Below, piece after piece: positions 29,593-39,321 of a stretch of DNA of 64,000 bases. Within the stretch, counting starts at the first letter, position 1. The number at the start of each line of letters is the position of its first letter. This DNA is from Minisyncoccia bacterium (GTDB lineage Bacteria > Patescibacteriota > Minisyncoccia > UBA6257 > JAAZHW01): NCBI GenBank assembly GCA_041550235.1, contig JBFEPE010000001.1, forward strand, positions 8,003-72,002, given 5' to 3'. A program made the translations under genes and the position numbers. The notes beneath the pieces were generated by a model. It saw only the letters and a program-made list of their open reading frames with translations. It was not told the origin of the DNA and ran no database searches.

Positions 29593-30564
29593 ATGAAAAA
29601 CAAAAGCGAAAAATCAGATATATTTGCTCGCATATTCTATATATTTGGTTTTATCCTCAATAGATTATTTTATGTTTTCATTTCTCTATTGGTTATATAT
29701 CTAATTGAAGAATTTGTTTTCAAATCATTAGATATAGCCATTCCTTTTAATAATTTCTTTTGGTGGCTGATTATTTTAGTTAATTTCACAGGATATTTTC
29801 TAAAAATGTTTGGCTGGAAACAAGAAATTAAAATTACCGGCCAAGCATTCATTATCATCTCTTTTGTTTGGATGTGGCTTCAATTTTCCTTTGGTCAATT
29901 CTTAATCTTATTTCCCATTTATTTCTTAACCAAAACAATTGCCGATGTGATTATGATTTTAATAATAAGTTCAGATAAGTTTAATTCCAGTATTAAAGAA
30001 AAAGCCCAGAGAAGAGAAAAAAGCAGATGGATTATCAAAAAAGCTGAAAAGAGAATTTGGTCTGCGAGAGAAGGAGAATGGATTTTCAAGAGAATAAAAG
30101 AATTAACCCAAGAAGAATACCCTAATTTAGAAAAATGGCTTAAAGACGAACCCGAAGATTTTATAGAAAGTATAAAACAAAATGTTTTTATCAATATAGA
30201 GAAAGATATTAAAACAGAGACCGAAGATTTTTTTGAAGAAATTAAAAATCTTTATCTGACAGAAGAGATGAAAATAGCTCTTGATAGGTTAGAAAACGAC
30301 AAAAAAGAAGGCATAACTCGTTTTGAAGGCCTATCCGAAGAAATATCTTTTGACGGCCAAAATACAATTCTTTTTGGAGTAAAACTGACCAAATATCCAA
30401 TCATTGAAGAAAAACTATTATCCAATCCCGAAGTAGTTTATATGAAAGTCCAAGAAGTATCTGAAAAATATCATAACAACAATTACGAAACAGCCATCTC
30501 AATGATTGAAATGGATTTAACCCCTCTTTCAGAAGAAAAAAGAGAGCAATGGTGGAACAGATAG
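29593..30564 (+). CDS. Hypothetical membrane protein (4-5 N-terminal TM helices, acidic cytoplasmic C-terminal domain)
   Basis: Hydrophobic segments LFYVFISLLVIYLI, FWWLIILVNFTGYF and FIIISFVWMWLQF. No family recognised. Confidence 0.5.
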   Translation: MKNKSEKSDIFARIFYIFGFILNRLFYVFISLLVIYLIEEFVFKSLDIAIPFNNFFWWLIILVNFTGYFLKMFGWKQEIKITGQAFIIISFVWMWLQFSFGQFLILFPIYFLTKTIADVIMILIISSDKFNSSIKEKAQRREKSRWIIKKAEKRIWSAREGEWIFKRIKELTQEEYPNLEKWLKDEPEDFIESIKQNVFINIEKDIKTETEDFFEEIKNLYLTEEMKIALDRLENDKKEGITRFEGLSEEISFDGQNTILFGVKLTKYPIIEEKLLSNPEVVYMKVQEVSEKYHNNNYETAISMIEMDLTPLSEEKREQWWNR

Positions 30565-30705
30565 ACCCCATTTGGCACCAAATTGGCACACGGAAAGGGA
30601 TGAGCCAAAAAACATAGGAATATACTCAAATCAAAGAAACAAGCCCAAAAATTGAAAATTTGCCCTCAAATTCGGCACTCCACAGATATATTTCATTGAT
30701 TTCTA

Positions 30706-30774
30706 CCTCAAGAAGAGTAGTATTAGGAATATATAATATCAGAGGATAATAAATCCCAATACTCTTCTTGAGAT
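30706..30774. promoter_or_regulatory. 18-bp inverted repeat upstream of the R-M operon (possible operator)
   Basis: ctcaagaagagtagtattagg ...30 nt... cccaatactcttcttgag. Confidence 0.35.
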
Positions 30775-30837
30775 AGGGATTAAATTTTTAACAAAATCAT
30801 TGATAAATAGTTAAAAATAAGCGATAATATAGATATT

Positions 30838-33216
30838 ATGGATATAAAAATAGTAAATAAATATCTAAGTTCTCAAAAATTGAAAGCAGTGGAAATGCTT
30901 GATTTTGAAAATGGGAAAATAAAGTATTCTGATTTAATTAAACAATACAGGGAAATAAAGAATTTTAAAGGAAATGAAGAAATTGTTAGAGCTTATTTAT
31001 TATCCAAACTTTCTAATGAATTAGGATATAAGTTGGAAAATATTGAAATAGAAAAAGAATATGATATTGGTCGGCCAAAGGTTAATAAGCCAAGAATTGA
31101 TTTAATCGTCAGGGACGATGAAGGAAATGCTTTTCTATATGTTGAATTAAAAAGCCCTGAGGAATATGAAAAAAACAAGGATGAAGTAATTGAAAAACAA
31201 TTATTTGGCTTAACTTCTCAGGAAAAGGGACAAGGAAAAAATGTGAAATATCTTGTTCTCTATTCTTTTGAAATTATAAACGAAGAAATAAAAGATAGAG
31301 CAATTATTATTGATTATGAAAAATATTCATCTTTTGATAAGTGGGAAGAAGAAAGAAATTTTACTGATGAATTGCCAAAAAGATACGGTAAAGCCCAAAA
31401 AGAGCCATACAAAAAAGGTGGCAAAAAAGACTTGAGAGCCGATTTTGCTCCCGAAGAATTAGAAGCAAAAAGAAAAAATCTTCATAATGTTTTATGGGGT
31501 GGGGGCGGAACAGACGATAACGAAATCTTTGCCTCTTTGGTAAGAATTATTTTAGCTAAAATTCAAGATGAAACTGAAAGAAAAAATGGTGAAAAATATG
31601 AATTTCAGATTTTTTCTTTTCAAGACGGGGATAGCTTTGAAAGTAATGAAGAAATTTTTGAAAGAATAAATAAACTTTACAGAAGGGCTTTGAAGGAAAA
31701 AATGTATATTACCGATGAAAACAAGATAGAAAAATCTTTTGTTATTGATGAAAACAAGTTTTCTATTAGTAAATTAAAATATACTATTTCCGAGTTAGAA
31801 GAATATTCTTTTGTTGATGGAAAAGATAGCTTTAATGGAAAGGATATTTTAGGCCAATTTTTTGAGGGTATTGTCCGAGACGGCTTTAAGCAAAATAAAG
31901 GGCAATTCTTTACTCATTCTAATATTGTCCAATTTATCCTTTATGCCCTTCAATTAGATAAATTGGCGATAGAAAGAATAAATAAAGATAAAGAAATTCC
32001 TTATTTGATTGATCCTTCGGCTGGAAGCGGAACATTTTTGATTGAGTATATGAATTTTATTACTCAAAACATTAAATACAAACAAAAAGATAAATTAGAT
32101 AATAACCGAGATATTGAAGATAAATTCAATGACTGGTTTATGCCTTATAATAGAGAGAATAAATGGGCTAAAGATTTTATCTATGGCGTAGAACATAACT
32201 TTGATTTAGGAACTGCCTCAAAAGTTAATATGATTTTACACGGAGACGGCTCAACAAATATTTTTGTTAAAGACGGACTTCTTCCTTTTAATTACTATAC
32301 CAAAGACAAAGGAGTTAATATTCTTGATGATGAGAAAGAAGATAAAGAATATTTTGATAAGAATATCAACGGAAAATTTGATGCTATTATTACTAATCCG
32401 CCTTTCTCGGTGGATTTAGATAAAGATACTAAAAAAACACTAAAAGATAGTTTTGTTTTTGGGGATAAGAAAAATTCTGAAAATCTTTTTGTTGAAAGGT
32501 GGTATCAATTATTAAAAGAGAATGGAAGATTGGGAGCAGTCTTGCCTGAAAGTGTTTTTGATACTACGGAAAATAAATATATTAGATTATTTTTATATAA
32601 ATATTTTAAAATAAAGGCGGTTGTTTCTTTGCCTCAATTAGCTTTTCAGCCCTATACTTCCACTAAAACCAGCTTGCTTTTTGCCCAAAAGAAAACCCAA
32701 GAAGAAATTAAAAAATGGGATGAATTATGGGCGACTTATTCTAAGGATTATAGTCAATTAAAAACAAGGGTAGAAAAAGAGGTAGAACATTTTATCAAAG
32801 GAAAAGAAATTCAAAAGAGTTGGGCTATTGCTAAAGAAACAGAGAAAAGAAGAAAGGATAATGTTCTTTATCTTCTTAATCAAGTTATAGATAGAAAGAT
32901 TGATTTAGATTTATCTCTTCAAGAATTGGTTGAAAAATATCAAGACGAAATAATAGATCTGTTGAAAATAGAGAAAGAAACAGATGTTTTTGGCTTTGTT
33001 AATGCTTGGTGGGTATTTGGTGCTGTTTCTAAAGAATTGGATTATCCAATCTTTATGGCCGAAGTTGAAAATGTTGGTTATAAAAGGACAATAAGAGGAT
33101 TAAAACCAATGCCAAATGATTTATTCAGAAGGAATGAAAATGGCGAAATTATGATTGATGATAATAAAAAAGAAACCGCTTTAGATTTTATGAGGTCGGA
33201 TGTGGAGTGGGATTAA
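30838..33216 (+). CDS. Fused restriction-modification enzyme: N-terminal PD-(D/E)XK nuclease + gamma-class N6-adenine DNA methyltransferase (Type IIG/IIB A-subunit-like)
   Basis: PRIDLIV...FLYVELK (D...ExK). MTase motif I LIDPSAGSGTFL. Motif IV AIITNPPFS. HsdM-like VVSLPQLAFQPYTSTKTSLLF. 792 aa. Confidence 0.8.
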   Translation: MDIKIVNKYLSSQKLKAVEMLDFENGKIKYSDLIKQYREIKNFKGNEEIVRAYLLSKLSNELGYKLENIEIEKEYDIGRPKVNKPRIDLIVRDDEGNAFLYVELKSPEEYEKNKDEVIEKQLFGLTSQEKGQGKNVKYLVLYSFEIINEEIKDRAIIIDYEKYSSFDKWEEERNFTDELPKRYGKAQKEPYKKGGKKDLRADFAPEELEAKRKNLHNVLWGGGGTDDNEIFASLVRIILAKIQDETERKNGEKYEFQIFSFQDGDSFESNEEIFERINKLYRRALKEKMYITDENKIEKSFVIDENKFSISKLKYTISELEEYSFVDGKDSFNGKDILGQFFEGIVRDGFKQNKGQFFTHSNIVQFILYALQLDKLAIERINKDKEIPYLIDPSAGSGTFLIEYMNFITQNIKYKQKDKLDNNRDIEDKFNDWFMPYNRENKWAKDFIYGVEHNFDLGTASKVNMILHGDGSTNIFVKDGLLPFNYYTKDKGVNILDDEKEDKEYFDKNINGKFDAIITNPPFSVDLDKDTKKTLKDSFVFGDKKNSENLFVERWYQLLKENGRLGAVLPESVFDTTENKYIRLFLYKYFKIKAVVSLPQLAFQPYTSTKTSLLFAQKKTQEEIKKWDELWATYSKDYSQLKTRVEKEVEHFIKGKEIQKSWAIAKETEKRRKDNVLYLLNQVIDRKIDLDLSLQELVEKYQDEIIDLLKIEKETDVFGFVNAWWVFGAVSKELDYPIFMAEVENVGYKRTIRGLKPMPNDLFRRNENGEIMIDDNKKETALDFMRSDVEWD

Positions 33217-34672
33217 AAAAACTATGGGAAACAACCAAACTTCAGAAAAAATAAAAATAGAGATAAAAGATGTTATGCCTGACTTTAAAGAGCATTTATC
33301 ATTAAAAGGAAATGATAGAGTGTTTTTTTCTGGTAAATTTGGAATTGGAAAGAGTTATTTCTTAAAAGAATTTTTTAGATTAGGAGAGGAAAACTATGAG
33401 GTTTTTTATCTATTACCAACGAGGTATCAAATAAGTCCCAATGAAGATATTTTAGATTTTATAAAATACGATGTTTTAGTTGATTTAATAAATAAAAATA
33501 AAGAAATTTTTAAAGGCAACAATTTTAATAGCTTTATAGATCTAAAAAGATTGTTTTATATTTGGGGCAAGGATAATTTTTACGAGATTTTTAAAAAGGG
33601 GTTAGATTTTATTCCAAAATTAGGCAAACCTTTAAAAGAAGTCGTTAATTTAATTGATAATTTTAGAAATTTCAAATACGAAGTTGAATTAGGCGACAAG
33701 GGTTTTGTAGATAATTACATCAAGGAAATAAAGTCCAAAGATATAGTTGAAAGCGATCATTTAAGTTATTTATTAACTGAAAAAATAAACAATTTAAAAG
33801 GAGAAAAAGAAAGTGTTTTGATAATAGACGATTTAGATAGAATTGACCCAGACAATATTTTTAGAATTTTAAATATTTTTTCTGTTTATTTCAACGAAGA
33901 TAATTCTGAAATGCCTAATAAATTTGGTTTTGATAGGATTATTTTTGTTGGCGACCATAAAAATATAAGAAGTATTTTTAACCATAAATATGGAGAAAAT
34001 ACCGATTTCAGAGGTTATTTCAATAAATTTTTTAGATATAAAATTTATGAATTTGATAACGACAAGGCTATAGAAAATGCTGTAAGTATATTGATAGATA
34101 GTATGAAAGAAGTTGGAATAAATGTATCAAAAATTTTTGAAAAATTAGGATACGGCAGGCTTTTATTGGAAGATGTTTTAAAGAGATCAATAAATTTAAA
34201 ATCAAATAAAGAAAAGGTTAATTTAAGGCAACTTTTAAATGTTTATCTTTTTCCAAGTCTTCATTTAAAAGATAACAAATACTATAACGATCAATTTCTC
34301 TCTATTGCTAAGAAAATGATCCAATTTATAGATTTATCAATTAAGTTTTTAATTGATATTTTTGGTGGAGATGAAAAATTTTTGATAGAAGTTTTGAATA
34401 AGATAATTCTTGAATCTGGATTTTATAAAAATCAAAATTATAGAGATGACCTCTATAATCATTATTCAAGAGCTATATTAAGTGAGATTTTAAATAAAAA
34501 TTTTGTAAAAGATAGTAATAATCCTGCGGAAGAAAAGTGGGAAGAAAATTTAGGTAATGTTATAGGGAATGTGGCCGGAGGCCCTGAATTAAAAGTATTT
34601 TATACCTTGTTAATTAAATACTTAGAAAGTGGTAAATATAAAAAGGATAGTATTAGAAATTATGATTTATAG
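33200..34672 (+). CDS. KAP-family P-loop NTPase
   Basis: Walker A FSGKFGIGKSYFLKEF. KAP-type Walker B VLIIDDLDRIDPDNIF. 490 aa. Overlaps the preceding gene by 17 nt. Confidence 0.65.
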   Translation: MWSGIKKTMGNNQTSEKIKIEIKDVMPDFKEHLSLKGNDRVFFSGKFGIGKSYFLKEFFRLGEENYEVFYLLPTRYQISPNEDILDFIKYDVLVDLINKNKEIFKGNNFNSFIDLKRLFYIWGKDNFYEIFKKGLDFIPKLGKPLKEVVNLIDNFRNFKYEVELGDKGFVDNYIKEIKSKDIVESDHLSYLLTEKINNLKGEKESVLIIDDLDRIDPDNIFRILNIFSVYFNEDNSEMPNKFGFDRIIFVGDHKNIRSIFNHKYGENTDFRGYFNKFFRYKIYEFDNDKAIENAVSILIDSMKEVGINVSKIFEKLGYGRLLLEDVLKRSINLKSNKEKVNLRQLLNVYLFPSLHLKDNKYYNDQFLSIAKKMIQFIDLSIKFLIDIFGGDEKFLIEVLNKIILESGFYKNQNYRDDLYNHYSRAILSEILNKNFVKDSNNPAEEKWEENLGNVIGNVAGGPELKVFYTLLIKYLESGKYKKDSIRNYDL

Positions 34673-34681
34673 AGAATTAAA

Positions 34682-36124
34682 ATGCTAAAAAATTTTACAA
34701 CACAATTTAGAGATTTAGGCAAAGAAACATCAATTAGATTTGATTTCAGTTTTATTGATTTTCAAAATACTTTTTTAGTTAAAGATTATTATTCTTTTAG
34801 TGATTTATTTGAAATTAAGGAGAACAACAGAAAGGATATTTCTGAAATAAAGGATGATTTTTACTATTCAGAAATAGGAAATGTTAATAAATTGGGAGAG
34901 GTTGATCCAGTAAAATTAAATTTTGATGAAAAGTCTGAAGAATATTTAGATTATTTTAAGAAAATAGAGAGGGGAGATATTATTGAGGTCGGGGAAGGGG
35001 AAATTCTAATATCAAAAGTTCGTCCTAATCTAAAGAAATATGTTTTTATTGATGATAAAAATAAAGAATATTTTTATACTTCTGCTTTTATTCACTTAAA
35101 ACCAAAAAAATTAAATAAAGTTTTATATTATTCATTAAGAAGTTTATTTTTTGATAATTTAATAGCTATTTCAAGACAGGGCAAAGGTTATCCTACTTTG
35201 AAAAATGAAGATTTATATTACTTAAAATTCAATAAAGAAATGATTGATAAATTAGAAAGTAAAGAAAAAGATATAAATAGCAAAATAATCCCCAATGAAA
35301 ATAAAATTAAGGAATTGAAAGACAAAATAGAAAAACCGCAGGATATAATCAATGAAGTTTTTGCTAATGAATTTAGTTTTGATTTAAAAAAATTTGAGGA
35401 ATTAAAGAAAGAAAATATTTTTTCTGTTAATTTTAGTGATTTTTCTAATTACCACAGCCTAAGATTTGATTTTAAAAACAAGAAATTTTTTCCAATTTTT
35501 GAAGATATTATTTCAAAACTTGATACAATTAGACTAAAAAATATTGTTTTAGAAGATCCGCTTTATGGAGCAAATGAGCCTGCTATTGATGGTGTTGTTG
35601 GTAATGATATAAGATATGTAAGAATAACTGATATAGATGATTTGGGGGAATTAACAAATAACGAATGGAAAACCGCCGAAAATATAGACGAAGTTTATTT
35701 ATTAAAAGATTTAGATTTTCTTTTTGCGAGAAGTGGTAATACGGTCGGTAAAAGTTTTTTATATAATTCAAATAAACACGAAAAATCTATTTTTGCTGGA
35801 TATTTTATAAAATTTAAAATTGATTTTAAAAATTTAAATCAATTATTTTTCCTTTATTATTCAAAATCTTTTATTTTTGAATTATGGAAAAATGGAATTG
35901 TAAGAGTAAAGGGGCAACCAAATATAAATGCTAACGAATATTTAGAACTTCAAATTCCTAATATCCCATTATCTAAACAAAAAGAAATAGTTAAAAAAAT
36001 AAAATCTCGATTAGATAGACAAGAAGAAATCAAAAAAGAAATAGAAAAAGAGAGGGATAAGATAGATAAAATAATTGAAAATGCTATAATACAAACACTT
36101 GAGGGCTATAAGCCCCTGCTCTAA
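34682..36124 (+). CDS. Type I/IIB restriction-modification specificity (HsdS-like) subunit with two target-recognition domains
   Basis: Two TRD signatures (ISRQGKGYPTLKNEDLYYLKF; ARSGNTVGKSFLYN). C-terminal coiled-coil spacer KQKEIVKKIKSRLDRQEEIKKEIEKERDKIDKII. 480 aa. Confidence 0.7.
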   Translation: MLKNFTTQFRDLGKETSIRFDFSFIDFQNTFLVKDYYSFSDLFEIKENNRKDISEIKDDFYYSEIGNVNKLGEVDPVKLNFDEKSEEYLDYFKKIERGDIIEVGEGEILISKVRPNLKKYVFIDDKNKEYFYTSAFIHLKPKKLNKVLYYSLRSLFFDNLIAISRQGKGYPTLKNEDLYYLKFNKEMIDKLESKEKDINSKIIPNENKIKELKDKIEKPQDIINEVFANEFSFDLKKFEELKKENIFSVNFSDFSNYHSLRFDFKNKKFFPIFEDIISKLDTIRLKNIVLEDPLYGANEPAIDGVVGNDIRYVRITDIDDLGELTNNEWKTAENIDEVYLLKDLDFLFARSGNTVGKSFLYNSNKHEKSIFAGYFIKFKIDFKNLNQLFFLYYSKSFIFELWKNGIVRVKGQPNINANEYLELQIPNIPLSKQKEIVKKIKSRLDRQEEIKKEIEKERDKIDKIIENAIIQTLEGYKPLL

Positions 36125-36152
36125 AATTCGGGGTGAGGGTTTTTGTAAAAAT

Positions 36153-37706
36153 ATGAAATTATTATTAGCTGGGCCAGGGACAGGAAAAACAACAAAAATA
36201 AAAGAGATAATTAACTCCAAATCTGAGAAAGATAGGGTTCTTGTTATATCTTTTACTAATGCTACGGTTCAAGATCTTTTAGCCGATTTTCGCAAAGATG
36301 AAATTAACATAGAAGAAAAAGATTGTAGCACTTTACATAAATATGCTCTACGAATTAACCACCAAAAAAAATTACATATTTTGAATGAGTTTGAAAAAAA
36401 GATATTAGAATTTTATGCTAAAAAATTTAATTCTAATTTTGATGATTTATGTAGAACGCTTGGCTGTATAACCTTTGATCAAATGATCATACAAACATCC
36501 GAATATATAAAGTCAAATCCTTTATATCTAAACGAAATTATTGATGATATTGATTTGTTTATTGTTGATGAATACCAAGATTTCAACCTTATTGAAAGAA
36601 ATCTTATTGATCTAATAGCACAAAAAGCAAAAGATGTTTTTGTACTCGGCGATGATGACCAATGTATCTATGATTTCAAGGACGCAAATTCCGATGGCAT
36701 TATTGAGTTGTATAATTCAAAAAATGTTGAAAATGTTTCGCACGATCATATTTGTTATAGATGCCCCGATAAAATAGTCAGTGCTTGTTTTAATCTAATA
36801 AATAAAAACCAAAAGAGAATTAAAAAAGAGTGGAGGCCAAGTGAAAAAGAGGGAGATCTGATATTTAATCAGATATTAACACAACAGGAAACATCAGAAT
36901 ATATTTTGAATGAGATAAATAAAATTAAACAAGATGACCCCACTTCTTCTATTATGATATTATCTTCAGTAAGGTTTGCCGTTGAGGATTTATTAAATTT
37001 TTTTGATGATAACAAAATGGATTATGTTGATTTTTGGAAACCCAAAATGGATTTAGAAAAATTAAAAAGAATTTGGGAAATAAAAATCGTTTTTGGCGAA
37101 AAAAAATTATTAAATCTTTTATTCCTAATACAATTAAGCATTAAAGGAAAAAATAGCCACATAAAAAAGTGTCAAAAAATAATAAATGAAAATTTGGATT
37201 TTGATGATTTATTAGATTTTTCAAAAGAAAACAATTTATTGGGAGATGAAGTTATTAAATTATTTGATACTAAAATATCCTTAGAAGACATTCTAAAGAT
37301 TAAAAAATATGAATTCTTAAGCGATCACATAAGAGAAGAGTTTCTAAAAGAAGATTTAGAAAAATTGACAAAAATTGTATCGGAGCCAGTAGAATTTAAT
37401 CCAAGTGGAATAAATGTATCTTCTATACACAAATCAAAGGGACTACAGGCAGACTATGTTTTTATATTGGGGGTTGTTGAGGGAATAATACCTAATTCTC
37501 TAAAGGGATTAGATACGATTGAGGCTCAAAGAAGATTATTATTTGTTGGAATGAGTAGGGCAAAAAAGAGGCTTTATCTCGTCTCTACCGCTGAATGGGA
37601 TGGCAAATATGTTCATAGGGTTGATAAAAACAAATTTAAGTTTGATCCAAAATCAAGAAAACACTTAGCAAGCTCATCAATTTTTATTTCAGATCTTGAT
37701 TTATAA
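36153..37706 (+). CDS. UvrD/Rep-like superfamily 1 helicase (short, ~517 aa; listed ORF begins 36099)
   Basis: Walker A LLAGPGTGKTT. Motif II FIVDEYQDFN. Motif III VFVLGDDDQCIY. Motif V SSIHKSKGLQADYVFI. Motif VI LLFVGMSRAKKRLYL. Confidence 0.8.
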   Translation: MKLLLAGPGTGKTTKIKEIINSKSEKDRVLVISFTNATVQDLLADFRKDEINIEEKDCSTLHKYALRINHQKKLHILNEFEKKILEFYAKKFNSNFDDLCRTLGCITFDQMIIQTSEYIKSNPLYLNEIIDDIDLFIVDEYQDFNLIERNLIDLIAQKAKDVFVLGDDDQCIYDFKDANSDGIIELYNSKNVENVSHDHICYRCPDKIVSACFNLINKNQKRIKKEWRPSEKEGDLIFNQILTQQETSEYILNEINKIKQDDPTSSIMILSSVRFAVEDLLNFFDDNKMDYVDFWKPKMDLEKLKRIWEIKIVFGEKKLLNLLFLIQLSIKGKNSHIKKCQKIINENLDFDDLLDFSKENNLLGDEVIKLFDTKISLEDILKIKKYEFLSDHIREEFLKEDLEKLTKIVSEPVEFNPSGINVSSIHKSKGLQADYVFILGVVEGIIPNSLKGLDTIEAQRRLLFVGMSRAKKRLYLVSTAEWDGKYVHRVDKNKFKFDPKSRKHLASSSIFISDLDL

Positions 37707-37715
37707 ATAAAAACT

Positions 37716-38603
37716 ATGACAAAAAAAGAGAATGATTTGTTTATAAACGATTTTCCAATGGTAAATTCAGATGAAGAATTAGAAGAATTATCATTACAAT
37801 ACCCAAAATATGATCCATATTATATAGCCAGTGGCTCAATAAAGGACAGAAAAGAGTATTTTGAAAAACTTTGGAAGATTTATAGAAACTATGCTGATAA
37901 GCATTTTTTGAAAGAAGTTAAAACCAATTTTCATCAGAGGAGTTGGGAGATGTATTTATCTAATTTATTTATTGAAAATGGATTTGAAATTTCCTCTAAA
38001 GATAAGGGGCCTGATATAAAAATTGATTTGGGAGATAGGAATTTATGGATAGAATGCGTGGCTTCAAAAAAAGGCGAGAAATCTGATAAGGTTCCAGATA
38101 TGATGTATGAGGTTGTTCAAGATGTGCCAGCAGATAAAATGTTATTAAGAATAACCAACTCAATAGATAAAAAATTTAAGAAATATCAAAAATATGTGAA
38201 AGACAGCATAATAAAAAAAGGGGATTATTATATTATTGCTGTGAATGCCGGAGGGTTTGGATATATTGTTGATACAGATATGCCTTTAATTCTTAAATGT
38301 TTAATTTCTATTGGTTTTTGGAGTTATAAAAAATTAGAAGATGGATCATTTAGTAAGCCATTTCTTAGCAGGAGAGAATATATAGAAAAACAAAACAAGA
38401 AAAAAGTAAAAATGAATTATTTTGAAGATAAGAAATATAATGGAATTAGCGGAGTTATCTATACTCCAAACAATGTTCTAAATTTAAGAGATAAAGATGA
38501 TTGTATATTTATTAGCAATCCCTTGGCTAAAAATGAGTTGCCAAAAAGTTATTTACCATTTATTCGTGAAGTCAAAATAACAAAAGATAAAATAATTTTT
38601 TAA
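37716..38603 (+). CDS. Hypothetical protein with possible PD-(D/E)XK nuclease core
   Basis: GPDIKIDLGDRNLWIECVASKKG resembles a D...E.K active-site arrangement. Otherwise unrecognised. Confidence 0.4.
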   Translation: MTKKENDLFINDFPMVNSDEELEELSLQYPKYDPYYIASGSIKDRKEYFEKLWKIYRNYADKHFLKEVKTNFHQRSWEMYLSNLFIENGFEISSKDKGPDIKIDLGDRNLWIECVASKKGEKSDKVPDMMYEVVQDVPADKMLLRITNSIDKKFKKYQKYVKDSIIKKGDYYIIAVNAGGFGYIVDTDMPLILKCLISIGFWSYKKLEDGSFSKPFLSRREYIEKQNKKKVKMNYFEDKKYNGISGVIYTPNNVLNLRDKDDCIFISNPLAKNELPKSYLPFIREVKITKDKIIF

Positions 38604-38612
38604 TACGAAAAT

Positions 38613-39065
38613 ATGATAAAAATAAGAAACAAAAAAATTGAAGTTTTGGTTGCCTATACTACTCCCGAAATGTGGGATGCTGTTGAAGATACAAAAATAG
38701 CAGTTCAGGGCCAAAGTGCCAAAGACGCTGATTATTTTGCTTTTGCGAGAATGGGATTAAAAGAAAATAAAGGAAGAGCGATAATTACTCATATTGCCGA
38801 AATTGGCAAAACAAAATCAAATGTTCCAGTTGAAGAATATATTAAAAAATTTCCTAAATTATCAGAATACTTTAGAAAAAGAAATTGGAATGGTTTTAGT
38901 AAGGAATACTATTTAGAGAATATCCGAGAATTAAAAAATCCCATTTATCATAAAATAGGCGACAAAGCCAAGGGAAGAGTAAGATTTTATACAAATTTGA
39001 ATGAGTTAAAAAATGCTAATTTTATGAGGGATATTAAAACATTAAGTCAGTTAAATAAAAGATAA
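38613..39065 (+). CDS. Hypothetical protein (150 aa)
   Basis: Tightly linked within the operon (10-nt gap). No family recognised. Confidence 0.4.
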   Translation: MIKIRNKKIEVLVAYTTPEMWDAVEDTKIAVQGQSAKDADYFAFARMGLKENKGRAIITHIAEIGKTKSNVPVEEYIKKFPKLSEYFRKRNWNGFSKEYYLENIRELKNPIYHKIGDKAKGRVRFYTNLNELKNANFMRDIKTLSQLNKR

Positions 39066-39321
39066 AAATATGGTAGTTTATTATGGTCCGCCAGATATGA
39101 GCGGGATTGAAAAAGAAATAGAGAAATCAAATTCTTCATCTACTCGTTATAACAAGAAAATGCTTTGGGTGGCTGTGGCAACTTTGATTTTTACCATTAT
39201 CGCAGTGGCTATAAGTGCTTATTTAATACTTTGATTTTTTCAATAATTGGTTTAGAAATTTTATTGTTAGAATTTTTATTAAAGTTGAAAATCATAAAGA
39301 AATTAAAAAACATTAAAAACT

